This document shows positions 13,697-27,700 of a DNA stretch of 64,000 bases, in pieces. The translations under genes and the position numbers were made by a program. Source of the DNA: Eledone cirrhosa (lineage: Eukaryota); contig OZ024740.1 in assembly GCA_964016885.1 (NCBI GenBank), forward strand, positions 411,990,001 to 412,054,000, read 5' to 3'. The notes under the pieces are model-generated. The model did no database searches. It saw only the letters and a list, made by a program, of their open reading frames with translations, and had not been told where the DNA came from. Numbering within the stretch: position 1 is the stretch's first letter; the number at the start of each line of letters is the position of its first letter.

Positions 13697-14337
13697 GAGA
13701 GAGAGGAGACTGTGGCTCACATTGTGTCCGAGTGTAAACACCTAGCCCAGACCCACTATAAGGGCTGGAGACACGATGTGATGGGCAGGGTCATCCACTG
13801 GCACCTGTGCAAAGTAAACAATTTACCACATTCTGAGAAATGGTATGAGCATAGGCCAGAGTCGGTGATAGAAAACGATCAGGTGAAGGTGCTGTGGGAT
13901 TTTAGGATACAGACGGACAAAAAACTGGAACACAATAGACCTGACCTGGTGGTTGTGGACAAAGAAAAAAGATCGTGTCTGATTGTGGATGTGGCCTGCC
14001 CTTTCGACACGAGAGTGCAAGAGAAGGAGAGGGAGAAAATTAACCGATACCAGGACCTAAAGTGGGAGGTGAAAAAGATTTGGAACTGCCATGAAGTCAA
14101 AGTGATCCCGATTGTCATAGGCGCACTGGGGACTATCTCCAAAAGTTTCCAGGGATGGTTAAAGAAAATCGGCCCCTTCACGCTTTTTGGAACGCTTCAA
14201 AAGGCATGCTTGCTGGGAACAGCAAGAACCCTCCGATACGTCCTGAATATCTGAGGCTGCAGGTAGTGGCTTGATATTCATTTCAACGGACTTTCCAGTT
14301 AACCAACATCAATGACTGAGATTCAAGGAATAACAAC

Positions 14338-14378
<41 letters not shown>
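13696..14378 (+). mobile_element. R4/Dong-clade non-LTR retrotransposon, family A copy 0, 5'-truncated
   Basis: Fused to (TAA)n at 13639-13696; encodes the end of the CCHC knuckle, RHD and the RPDL..D..K..Y restriction-like endonuclease (RLE); stop at 14254; shared 3' UTR and (AAT)n tail. Confidence 0.92.
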
Positions 14379-14404
14379 GGGAAGAAGACGCACGTGGTGG
14401 ATAG

Positions 14405-17400
14405 AAGGTCATGAAATAGCTCCCGTAAGTTTTTTGATTTTTAACATATTTAAATCAATTGTGAAATAGCAATTCTTAATACAAATGATATTTATTGATA
14501 CTCAACCAGTCTATTCAACAAAAGTCAGTAACGACAACGCCATCACTACAGTCACCGCCACCACCACCCCATCCATCATTGCTACCACTATCCCATCACC
14601 GCCGCCACCACTCCTTCATTGCTACCACCGCTATTCTCCCATTACCTTCTGTTAACGTACGAAAGGGGAAGGTGGCGGTATCACTAGACAATATTAATAA
14701 ACAATATTAATATTTAATTTTGGATCAGGAATGTTAGAGTCGAAAAGGAGGAAATGGCAAAATGACTAAATAGTTAGCTAAATAGCTAAATAGCTAAGTG
14801 GACAGAGAAGATAATTTCACCACCAACACCACTACGACTACCACGCTAAAAACTCTGGTCAAGTTGCCTCAACTTCAACACCATCACTACAGTGCTACGA
14901 TCACACCACCACCACCACTGCCTCATTATCGCTACCGCCGCTATTCTCTCCCACTACCTCCTGCTAAGTACTGCTAGCACAGCACCACCACCACCACCAA
15001 CACTGCCTTATTATCACTACCGCCGCTATTCTCTCCCACTACCCCCCGCTAACACATGCATCGTAGTGTCCCCACTAAAAGAGGAAGGCATCAAAATATA
15101 TAAATAGACTGATTTGATGACCCGGTCAAAAAATAAAAAAAACAAAAAACCAAAATCAAAGCAGCACAGCAACAACGAAAAACGTAAAGAAAAGAAAAAT
15201 GAAGAGAAAAACAAACAGACGGACAGAGAAGGGAAGGGGAAAAACTAAGTCAGACAGTCAAACATTACATTACAATGAAACTTATGCTTATTCTTTTTGG
15301 GGTTTTTTTTGCCTGTTTGTTTGTTTGTTTATTTATGTTCGTCTACAGCGTGATAGTGCCACACAAAAATCACCGGGAGTGATGAAATAACCGGTGGTTA
15401 TGTAACCATACATTCACCATACCTCGATAAGAGTGTTTAAATGTCGAACCTAAACAGTTCGAATAACGGTGAAGTGGAGAGTAGAATGTCATGTGACAGA
15501 CTCTCACCCAGCAGGTGCTCCCTGGCTCAGCAGCAGGGACCTGGCTGTCGACCAAATACTGCTGGTGCCGGAGGAAGAAGAAGAAGGAAAGGGACCAGAA
15601 CCAACTGGACGAAAGAATTGAATAGAACTGTATGCAATGTTACCTGAAGAGTAACCCCAAAGAGAAAGGCTATAGGAAACGGATGCATAACATCTGGAAC
15701 GAGATTGGTTAATTTAAATTAGATGAACAAATATTGGCCGGGCAGGCTCGGGTAATAAGAACTAATGGGTGGATAAGCGAGCTGGAACTGGAGGAACTGA
15801 GCAGAGAGATTAGCTTGGAAATGGAGAGTGGAGTATGCCAGGCAAACGAACCAGTGGGAAATGAAGGTGAAGAGGGTGAGAGAACGGAGGAACCATCCGA
15901 AGCAGACAATGATCTGAATGCTGAAATAAATAATACCTGGAACAAAGATACGGCCATTGAGGAGATGAATGCTGACGGGCTAGGACAAGATTTGGTTGAT
16001 ATCCTAAACTTAGTGGTAGATGAATTGAACAATGATAGTAGGAAACCTATGAACCTAAGATTTGTAGACAGGAAAAAGTTAGAAGAAACAACAGCTAAGG
16101 TAAACAAAGTCATCCCATACCTTGAGGCGAGGAGCCTTCACCAGTGCAACAATATCCTCAAAGCAACAGCAAATGCGGTGAGGAAATTACTTCGTATAAA
16201 AGTGAGAGGAAACAGCAAACAAGAAAGATCAGAGCCTTGGTGGAAGAAATGACTGAGTGGTCAAATCAGGGAAATGAGAACTGACATTGGAAAGCTTGAG
16301 TCCATACTGAATGGGAAACCAAAAAACATAGACACTAAATATAGACTGGAAATAAAGTACAAACTAGGAGGAAAAAGCTAAATATTATCATAGAGGAACT
16401 GAAGTAACGCATTTTAGCAAAGAGTGCAAAAATTAGGCGATACGAGAGCAGAATCAGTCAGTATAGACAGAACCGCATGTTTGACACAACCAGAAGATGC
16501 GGTTTGGACAGCTTGAGGGAAAAGAAAGAGGCAACGACTTGATCCCTGAGGCGGAACAAACTAAAACATTCTGGAGAGGAATATGGGAGCAGGATGTTAA
16601 AAATAATGACCAGGCAGTGTGGATTGAAACAGTACAGCAGGAGATTAATGAACAGGCACACCAACAGACTGACTTGAGTATCACAGTTGAAACTCTTAAG
16701 GGGCAAGACAAAAAACTAACCAACTGGAAACCACCAGGCCCAGATGGTGTGCAGGTGTATTGGATTAAAAATATAACATCCCTCCACCCGAAACTGACAA
16801 CCATGTTCAATGACTTATTGATGTCAGGTGAGGTACCAGAGTGGTTGACAAAAGGTACCACAGTTCTGGTAATAAAGGACCGAATCAAGGGTAATGATGT
16901 TACCAACTATAGACCTATCACATGTCTTTCCGTAATGTGGAAACTGTTGACAAGCATTAAGTCTGACTAAATCTACCATCATCTCCACACAAACAACTTG
17001 TTACCGGACGAACAGAAAGGATGCCGAAAGAAGTCCCGTGGTACAAAGGACCAGTTACTTATTGATAAGATGGTAATGAGGAATTGCATAAGAAGACACA
17101 ATGGTCTTGCCATGGGATGGATAGACTACAAAAAGGCATTTGACATGGTGCCTCATTCTTGGATCACCAAAAGCATAGAGATCTTCAAGGTGGCAGATAA
17201 CATCAAACAGTTGTTGGGCAAAAGTATGAACTACTGGGAAACAGAGTTAACATCAGCTGGAGAATCCTTGGGAGGTGTGAAGATCAAGAGAGGTATCTTC
17301 CATGGAGATAGTCTGTCCCCTCTGTTGTTGGTCCTTGCCCTGATGTAACTGACCATTATACTGCGAAACGTGAGAGCAGTATACAAGTTGGGAAAGGGAG

Positions 17401-18933
17401 AGCTTACCATCAATCACCTCCGCTTCATGGACGATCTTAAGCTCTTCGGGAAGAGCGAAAAGGAGTTGGATGTGCTTGTTGACACTGTCCGTATTTTCAG
17501 CAATGATATATGTATGCAAGTTGGTATTAGTAAGTGTGGAGTCCTGGTGATGAAGAGGGGTAAATTGAGCAGAAGCAACGGAATCCAGGTGCCAACAGGT
17601 GAGATGATAAAGTAAATTGACACTGAAGAAGGATACAAGTATTTGGGTGTTCTGGATCCTGATGACATCAAGAACAAAAAAATGAAAGAATTGATAAGAA
17701 CTGAATACATTCGGAGAGTAAGGAGCGTATTAAAGTCACATCTGAACAGTAGGAATGCCATAAGTGCAGTAAATTCCCGAGCTGTGTCTATTATTAGGTA
17801 CAGTGCGGGAATTCTGAGATGGAATGTTGCTGAACAAAAAGAGGTGGATAGGAAGACTAGAAAATTATTGACTATCTACAACATGTTCCACAAGAGGAGT
17901 GATGTCGATAGACTCTACCTAAGGAGATCTGAAGGTGGAAGAGGTCTTATCAACATAGAGGACTGTGTTCAGATGGAGAAAAACAACCTACACAAATACG
18001 TGACCTATAGTAAGGAGCTAATCCTCAGAACTGTACTGAAGGAGAGGACAATAGACCAGGGGATGTCCAGGGAGGAAATAACAACAAGGAGAAAGAGCAG
18101 CCTTCAGGAAAAATCCCTTCATAGTACCTTCTTTGAGAAAACTGAATTCAGAGATCCACAGACATGGAACAAAGAGGAGACCTCAAAAAGGCTACAGAAG
18201 GAATGTTAATGGCTGCGCAAGAGCAGTCCCTCAAAACGAAGTGGTTGAAACACCATATTTACAAGGAGGAGGCTAGCCCACTGTGCAGGATCTGTGGAGA
18301 GAGAGAGGAGACTGTGGCTCACATTGTATCCGAGTGTAAACACCTAGCCCAAACTCACTATAAGGGCTGGAGACATGATGTGATGGGCAGGGTGATCCAC
18401 TGGCACCTATGCAAAGTAAACAATTTACCACATTCTGAAAAGTGGTATGAACATAAGCCAGAGTCGGTGATAGAAAACGATCAGGTGAAGGTGCTGTGGG
18501 ATTTTAGCATACAGACGGAAAAGAAACTGGAACACAATAGACCTGACCTGGTGGTTGTGGACAAAGAAAAAATATCGTGCCTGATTGAGGATGTGGCCTG
18601 CCCATTCAACACGAGAGTGCAAGCGAAGGAGAGGGAAAAAATTAACCGATACCAGGACTTAAAGTGGGAGGTAAAAAGGATTTTGAATTGCCATGACGTC
18701 AAAGTGGTCCGGATTGTCATAGACGCATTAGGTACTATCTCAAAAAGTTTCCAGGGATGGTTAAAGAAAATTGGCCCCTTCACGCTTTTTGGAACGCTTC
18801 AAAGGGCATGCTTGCTCGGAACAGCAAGAACCCTCCGATACGCCCTGAATATCTGAGGCTGCAGGTAGTGGCTTGATATTCATTTCAACAAACTTTCCAG
18901 TTAACTAACATCAATGACTGAGACTCAAAGAAC

Positions 18934-19001
<68 letters not shown>
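14405..19001 (+). mobile_element. R4/Dong-clade family A copy 1, full length, degenerate, with leader
   Basis: Collinear with copies 2 and 3; (TAA)n tail at 18932-19001; 5' boundary approximate. Confidence 0.88.
15441..18856 (+). pseudogene. Disrupted RT-RLE ORF of copy A1
   Basis: ORF fragments 15441, 15734, 16497, 16998, 17370, 17643 and 18164 carry [28 protein letters not shown] and RPDL; several stops and frameshifts. Confidence 0.92.
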
Positions 19002-19005
<4 letters not shown>

Positions 19006-19709
19006 GTCTACACTATATAGAACAGCCAAATAGCAGCAATTTCAATTTCACCAACACCAGAAACTTGATACACTACCTATCCCATCACACTATATATAAC
19101 AGCCAGATAACGGCAATTTCACCAGCATCATAATAATAATTACTATTATTATTGTCTCAAATTTTAAAAAATGTTTAATTTAAATTTTACGGGAATATGT
19201 CAACACAAAATATAATAAAAATATATATTAAACATACGAACACAAACTCATAGATACTATATCAGTAACCACAACACCACCGCTGCCACCACCCCACCAC
19301 GTCCATCATCGCCGCCACCACTCATTCAATGCTACTGACACTATTACTTTGTTAACTTGAGAGAGAAAAGGGAAGGTGGCGGTATCACTAGTCAAGAGAG
19401 AGGCTAGCAAAAGATATAAATAGATTGACTTGGTGACCTTGCCACCGGCCAAACGTCTACATCAACAATTATGGGACTGCTGGCTCACCCCTTCCTCACC
19501 AACAATATAAAAAGCCCCGGCACCACCACCGACATAGCCAACTACAACAAAAAGTATATTATATTATTGTAATGCACTGGGTGATTGCTGGCCTTGTGCC
19601 TGGAGTGGAGACAATTATTAATAATTTCATTCTTAAGCCACGCAATGCTCACATTAAGGAACCACTCATGATAATAACAATTTAAAAAAAAACAACAACA
19701 AAAAGAAAA

Positions 19710-22700
19710 CCCCGTGACCAAGAAATACCGGGATGGCGACCGGCGGGGAATAGCCATGTCTCTAGGGGAGACCGACCCCTCTAGTCTTGGTTGACACTCG
19801 TTCTAGAAGTGGTAACACGAAATGATTACCCCTTGGCGGATAAGGATAAAACGTGACAAAATAAAGTAAATGTCTAATGATAAAATCTCATACCGGATCG
19901 GCCGTCACCCGGGTAAAAAAGGGCCGCGTCCCTCAGAGAGGAACCAGACTGGGGTCGAAAAATCAGCTAATGGTTCAAACCTTCCCATCACTTCGGAGCT
20001 GGAAACCTCCCATAACCGGAATACTCCTACTGTTGGCCCTCCATGCTCACCACCAAGAAATCCAAAGAAAAAGAGAGAAAAATGGTCAAGGGAAGATAAT
20101 AAAGAAGTCCTTGAGACTTTCTACACTGCCATGTACTACCCATCAAATACATCGAATACAGAACAAACATATATCAACTGGAAAAAGAAACATACCGAAA
20201 ACAGAGGCTATATTGACAGTAACAAACTAGCCAATATACGAAGAAATATTGTAAGAAAAAAGTTACTAACTGATATAGAAATTGATCAGATCAAGCTAGT
20301 AGCACAAAGTCAGCGAAGTGAAAATGAAGCATGTGTCAGTGAAAACGAGGTAAACTGTAACACTTCGAATCCCAGGGTTGGGGCGGAATCACTGGCAACA
20401 GAAGAAATTAAAGAAGGGAATGAAAAAGTGGAGGGAGTGCATGCTCAGGATGAAACTCCAAATGAAAATAATGAGATCGTAAATGATAAAGAAATGAATG
20501 AGAATGAACTTGCCAACTTGAAGGATGAAATTATGATCGAATGGATGAAAATGAAAGAATCTGACATGGGGCAACGAGACACCCTCCCTAAGATCCAGAA
20601 CTCCAAACAGAACCAAAAGATAATACACAAGACTAACATAATTCTCCAAAACATTATCATCACAAACAAACTAAACATTACTGATTTAAATCATCTATAT
20701 TATGCATCGGCTAAAGTCACCACTCACTTATGTGGAGTGAAGATGAAAAAACAAAGGAATTCCCACAAGAAATCTACTTGGCAAGAGAACATCAATCGCC
20801 AAATAAACCTTCTCCGATCTGACATAGAAATTTTAACAAACTATAAAGTAGGTGAACATGTTAAACAAACTAAACTTAGAAAATTGAAAAAAAAGTACAG
20901 TATAAGATCGACATATGACATAGACATGCTGATAGAAACAATCAAGCAAAAAGTGTCGGCCAAAGCTGCTCGTATAAGGCACTTTGAAAAACGATCTAGA
21001 TTCTATAAGGATAATAATATGTTCAAAAACAACCAAAGAAACTTCTACAGAAAAATTGGTAAGTCAACAATAACTGCTAAATCAATACCACCCAAGGAGG
21101 AAGTGCAAGAATTCTGGGAAAAGATCTGGGCCGAAGAAAAAGTTCATAACATACATGCCCCATGGATAGACAGACAAATGAAAGAAACAGCTCACCTTGA
21201 AGAACAAACATGGGAAAATATAACAGTTGAACAGTTGCGCTTGGCTCTAAGAAAAACCAGCAAATGGAAATCCCCAGGAAAAGACAAAATACAAAACTTT
21301 TGGATAAATGCCTTCACAGAGTCTCATGAGCTGTTAGCCCAACTTTACAATGAAATAGTTAAGGAGCCAGAAAAGATACCATCATGGCTAGTTAACGGCA
21401 TTACATTCCTGCTACCGAAGAATGATGAGACAAACAATCCCAAACATTACAGACCGATAACCTGCTTGACCACAATGTATAAAATTTTAACATCAGTCCT
21501 AACTGAATACACATATGACCACCTGATAACAAATGACCTATTTCCCATTGAGCAGAAAGGGTGTAAACGAGGCTCATATGGCTGTAAGGATCAGCTTCTG
21601 GTTAACAAAATGATACTGGAAGATTGTCATAATAGACACACAAATTTATCGATTGCTTGGATAGATTATAAAAAAACATTCGATAGTTTGCCACACAGTT
21701 GGATTGAAAAATGTTTAGAGATTTTCAAAATATCCCCCGTTGTCAGGAGGTTTTTGTCATTCAGTATGAAGACATGGAAAACGACACTCCTTTTGAATAG
21801 TGAAACAAAATCACTGGAAACTGGAGAAGTTAATATTAATTGTGGAATTTTTCAGGGTGACTCTTTATCACCGGTTTTATTCTGCATCGCACTTATACCA
21901 TTAAGTAAAATGCTCAATGAAACAAAACATGGATATAGAGTCTATGACAAAACCATTAATCACCTGTTCTACATGGATGACCTGAAACTATTTTAAAAAA
22001 ATGGACAATTGCAAGGGCTATTATCCACTGTGAAGCAGTTCAGTGATGACATTAAAATGGAGTTTGGATTGGATAAATGCGCCAAAGCAACGTTCACCAG
22101 AGGAAAGCTGCTGAAGAGTGCAGACATTAATCTTGATCGGGGGAACATGATAAGAGAGCTTGATCAAGAAAAAACTTTAAAATATCTAGGTGTTTGTGAA
22201 GGAGACAGAATCAAGCACTCGACAATGAGGGAAAGAATAAGGAAGGAATGTTACCGCAGAGTCAGAGCAATCTTAAGAACGGAATTGAATGCAAGGAATA
22301 GGATCGATGCCATAAACACGCTTGCCATACCAGTAGTAACCTACAGTTACAATGTCATCAACTGGTCAAGCACAGAGATCCGTAGGCTCGATACAAAAAT
22401 CCGAAAATGCTTAACCATGCACAGAATGCATCACCCTAAGGCAGACATAGATAGAATATATCTCCCTAGGAAAGAAGGAGGACGTGGGTTAATCCAGTTA
22501 GACATTGCGTTGAAAACTGCAACAATTGGATTATCCACATATCTAAGGGAATCACATGATTGGATGATCAAACTCGTTTTGAAACACGAAAGCACCAAAA
22601 GATCATATTCCATTACAAAAGATGCACAAAGATACAGTAATGGACTACAAATTTCAGAAGTCCCATTTACTGCTGAAATAGAAAACACAGAAAAAGCAAA

Positions 22701-23657
22701 GCAGGTAAAAGTAACTGCAAAGAAAGAACTGCTACAGAAACTGGCTAAGAAATGGCGATAAAAGCCTCTGTATGGAAAATACCCAGAGCGAGCTAACAAT
22801 CCTGATGTTGACAAAACTTTAACCCATCAGTGGTTGGCATCCTCTGGACTGAAATCGGAGACTGAAGGACTGATTATATCGGCACAAGATCAGTGTCTGC
22901 CAACAAAAAATTACCAAGCCAACATAATAAAAAATGGGTGCAGCCCATTATGCCGTGTATGCAAAAAACAACCAGAGACCATTGACCATATAATTTCAAT
23001 GTGCAGTCCAATAGCTCCAACCGAATACCTAAACAGGCATGACAGAGCTGCACAATACATACATTGGATAATGTGTAAGCATTTTGGCCTGCCCCATCAA
23101 AAGAATTGGTGGGAGCATCAACCACCTCCCATACTTGAAAAAGATCACATCTCAATCTTGTGGAACTTTAGCATCCAAACAGACCGAAAAATAGATGCAA
23201 ATAGACCTGATATAATATTGAAGGACTTTCAAAGGAGGGTATGCCTGCTAATTGATATGTTTGTTCCAATAGACAAGAATGTATCTATAAAAACATTTGA
23301 AAAATTGAGCAAGTATAAGGAGCTGGAGATAGAAATTGGAAAAATGTGGAAATTAAGAACTAAAACAATGCCAGTGGTTGTAGGCGCTCTGGGAATGATA
23401 CCTAAGGGGTCTAACGACTACTTATCGCAAATCCCAGGAAACCCGCGTATAGGAGAATTACAAAAGATAGTACTAATGGGAACTGCCCATATACTAAGGA
23501 AGATCCTGTCAATAAAAGTACATCACAAGTCTAAACACTAAGGATGCATGTGTGAATATGTATGTTCTTTCTTGAGCATGGCGGACCTTGTTGTCTCTTG
23601 AGGTCACTGGTTGTGACTTGGTGATAACTCGTATGAACATAAAGCAAGATAAATGCA

Positions 23658-23696
<39 letters not shown>
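19710..23696 (+). mobile_element. R4/Dong-clade non-LTR retrotransposon, family B, full length
   Basis: Own structured 5' UTR, RT-RLE ORF, 3' UTR 23542-23658, (TAA)n tail; clearly divergent from family A. Confidence 0.9.
19870..23541 (+). pseudogene. Family B RT-RLE ORF (~1223 codons) with two in-frame stops
   Basis: ORFs 19870, 22009 and 22834 share one frame; TAA at 21994-21996 and 22759-22761; motifs HYRPITCL, QGDSLSP, YMDDLKLF, CRVCKKQPETIDHI, RHD, NRPDI, KLSKY. Confidence 0.92.
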
Positions 23697-23901
23697 CGGA
23701 GGTCATGAAATCGCTCCCGTAAGTTTTGAATTTTTAACATATTTAAATCATTTGTGAAATAACAACTCTTAGTACAAATGCTACGTAAAGCACCCGGCTT
23801 GAGCCCCAAAAAATTCGGACCCAAAATATATTGTTATAAGGCTCAAATATTCAAATATTCAACTTTCTATTGTACACTGTATATCCAAAAAAGAAAATGG
23901 C

Positions 23902-23940
23902 TATAAATGGAAGAAGAACCCCCTCCTCTCCTCTGTCTAC
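23902..23940 (+). promoter_or_regulatory. Candidate TATA box plus pyrimidine-rich initiator in the leader
   Basis: TATAAAT at 23902 lies 28 nt before CCTCTGTCTACAC, the motif at which other units begin after (TAA)n; repeated at 28537/28570. Confidence 0.4.
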
Positions 23941-24752
23941 ACTATATAGAACAGCCAAACTCACCAACACCAGAAACTAGATACACCACCCACCCCATCA
24001 CCTGTGTCCACCAAACACAACAGCCAGATAACGGCATTTTCACCACCACCGCTCACTACGGCCATCATTACCACCATTATCCCATCACCGCCACCACCAC
24101 CCCTTCACTCCTCCACTGCTACCACCGCTACAGCACCATCACTACAGTAATACGGTCACATCACCGCCACCACTGCCTCGGTATCGACATCACCACCACC
24201 ACTGTCTCAGTATCGCTACCGCCGCCAGTCTCCCACATCTTCCAGCTGGCTGCTCCACCACATTATAGAATCCCTACTGCCAAAAAAAGAGGAAGGCATC
24301 AAAATATATAGATAGACTCAAAAGAAAAAAGAAAAAAGAAAAAACAAACACCAAAACCAAAGCTGCACAGCAACAACAGCAAAAAACGAGAAAAACAAAC
24401 AGAGAAAAACAAAAACAAAAAAAAAGACAACAAAAAACGTAAAGAAAATAAGAATGAAGAGAGAAGCAGGCGGACGGACAGAGAAGAGGGGGGAAAAACT
24501 AAAACTTAAAAAACAAAAACTAAGTCAGACATTCGAACACTACATTACAATGAAACTTATGCTTATTCATTTTTGGGGCCCTTTCTGCCTGTGTGTTTGT
24601 TTGTTTATGTGTGTTCGTATACAGCGTGGTGATAATACCACACAAGGGTCAAGTGGAATGGCGGATCCACAGATGGCTATGTAACCATACATTCGCCAAT
24701 CCTCGATAAGAGTGTTTAAATATCGAACATAAACAGTTCGAATAACGGTGAA

Positions 24753-27700
24753 ATGGAGACTAGAACGTCATGTGACAGACTCTCATACAACAGGTGCCCC
24801 CTGGCTCAGCAGCAGGAACCTGACTGTCAACCAAATACTGCTGATGTTGGAGGAAGGAGAAGAAGGAAAGAGGCCAGAACCAACTGGACGAAAGAATTGA
24901 ATAGAACTGTTATGCAATGTTACCTGAAAAGTAACCCCAAGGAGAGGGGCTACAGGAGACGGATGCATAACATCTGGAACGAGATTGGTTTATTTAAATT
25001 AGATGAACAAAAATTGGCCGGGCAGGCTCGGGTAATAAGAACTAATGGGTGGATAAGCGAGCTGGAACTGGAGGAACTGAGCAGAGAGAATGGCTTGGAG
25101 ATGGCGGGTGTAGTATGCCAGACAAGCGAGCCAGTGGGAAATAAAGGTGAGGAGGTCCTGAGAACGGAGGAACCACCCGAAGCAGACAATGATCTGAATA
25201 CTGAGATAAATAATACCTGGAACAGAGATACGGCCACTGAGGAGATGAATGCTGACGGGCTAGGACAAGATTCGGTTGACATCCTAAATTTAGTGGTAGA
25301 TGAATTGAACAGTGATAGTGGGAGACCTATGAATCTAAGATTTGTAGACAGGAAAAAGTTAAAAGAAACAACAGCTAAGGTAAACAAAGTCATCCCATAC
25401 CTTGGGGCGAGGAGCCTTCACCAGTGCAACAATATCCTCAAAGCAACAGCAAATACGGTGAGGAAACTACTTGGTATAAAAGCGAGAGGAAACAACAGAC
25501 AAGAAAAAGCAGAGCCGTGGTGGAAGAAGCGACTGAGTGGTCAAATCGGGGAAATGAGAAATGACATAGGAAAGCTTGAGTCACTACTGAATGGGACACT
25601 AAAAAACATAGGCACTAAAAATAGACTGGAAATAAAATACAAAACTAGAAGGAAAAAGCTAAATATTATCATAGAGGAACTGAAGCAACGCATTGTAGCA
25701 AAGAGTGCAAAAATCAGGCGATACGAAAACAAAGTCAGTCAGTATAAACAGAACCGCATGTTCGACAACAACCAGAAGATGCTGTTTGGACAGCTTGAGG
25801 GGAAAGAAAGAGGCAACGACTTGATCCCTGAGGCGGAGCAAACTAAAACATTCTGGAGAGGAATATGGGAGCAGGATGTTAGACATAATGTCCAAGCAGG
25901 GTGGATTGAGACAGTACAGAGGGAGATCGGTGAGCAGGCACAACAACAAACTGATTTCAGTATCACAGTTGAAACTCTTAATGGGCAGGCCAAAAAACTA
26001 ACCAACTGGAAATCACCAGGCCCAGATGGTGTGCAGGGGTATTGGATTAAACATTTAACATCCCTCCACCCGAAGCTGACGGCCATGTTCAATGACTGCT
26101 TGGTGTCGGGTGAGGTGCCAGAGTGGTTGACAAAAGGTACCACAGTTCTGATAATTAAAGACCGAATCAAGGGTAATTATGTTACCAACTATAGACCTAT
26201 CACATGTCTGTCCATAGTGTGGAGACTGTTGACGAGCATTGTGTCTGAGGAAATCTACCATCACCTCCGCACAAACAACTTGTTACCGGACGAACAGAAA
26301 TGATGCCGAAAGAAGTCACGTGGTACAAAGGACCAGTTACTTATTGATAAGATGGTAATGGGGAATTGCAGGAGGAGACACACTGATCTTGCCATGGGAT
26401 GGATAGACTACAGAAAGGCATTTGACATGGTGCCTCATTCTTGGATCACCAAAAGCCTGGAGATCTTCAGGGTGGCAGACAACATCAGACAGTTGCTGGG
26501 CAGGAGTATGGTGTCCTGGGAGACAAAGTTGATATCAACTGGAGTATCCTTGGGAAGCGTGAAGATCAAGAGAAGCATCTTCCAGGGAGATAGCCTGTCC
26601 CCTCTGTTGTTTGTCCTTGCCCTGATGCCCTTGACCATTATGCTGCGAAAAGTGAGAGCAAGATACAAGTTGGGAAGGGGAGAGCTTACCATCAATCACC
26701 TCCTCTTCATGGACGATCTTAAGCTCTTCGGGAAAAGTGAGAAGGAGTTGGATGTGCTTGTTGACACTGTCCGTATTTTCAGCAATGATATATGTATGCA
26801 GTTTGGTATTGGTAAATGTGGAGTCATTGTGATGAGGAGGGGTAGGTTGAGCAGAAGTAACGGGATCCAGATACCAACAGGTGAAATGATAAAGGAAATT
26901 GACTCTGGGGAAGGATACAAGTATTTGGGCGTTCTGGAGGCTGATGGCATAAAGAACAAAAAAATGAAGGAATTGTTAAGAACTGAATACATTCGGAGAG
27001 TAAGGAGCGTATTGAAGTCACATCTGAACAGCAGAAATGCCATAAGCGCACTAAATTCCCGAGCTGTGTCTATTATTAGGTACAATGCGGGAATTCTGAG
27101 ATGGAATGTTGCTGAACAAAAAGAAATGGATAGGAAGACTAGGAAGCTATTGACTATCTACAACATGTTCCACAAGAGGAGTGATGTCGATAGACTCTAC
27201 CTAAGGAGATCTGAGGGTGGAAGAGGTCTTATCAGCATAGAGGACTGTGTTCAGATGGAGAAAAACAACCTATACAAATACGTGACCTATAGTAAGGAGC
27301 CAATGCTCAGAACTGTACTGAAGGAGGGGACAGTAGGCCAGGGGATGTCCAAGGAGGAAATAACATCAAGGAGGAAGAGCAGCCTTAAGGGAAAATCCCT
27401 TCATAGTACCTTCTTTGAGGAAACTGAATTTAGAGATCCACAGACATGGAACGGGTTGAGAAGAGGAGACCTCAAAAAGGCTACAGAAGGAATGCTAATG
27501 GCTGCGCAGGAGCAGGCCCTCAAAACGAAGTGGTTGAAGCACCATATTTACAAGGAGGAGGCTAGCCCACTGTGCAGGATCTGTGGAGAGAGAGAGGAGA
27601 CTGTGGCTCACATTGTGTCCGAGTGTAAACACCTAACCCAGACCCACTATAAGGGCTGGAGACACGATGTGATGGGCAGGGTGATCCACTGGCACCTGTG

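Noticed and set aside
24454-24684. 76-aa upstream ORF repeated at 29068-29298 as a possible ORF1
   Set aside because: Similarity reflects recent copy identity; the frame is not kept in A1, there are no recognisable motifs, and R4 elements are single-ORF.
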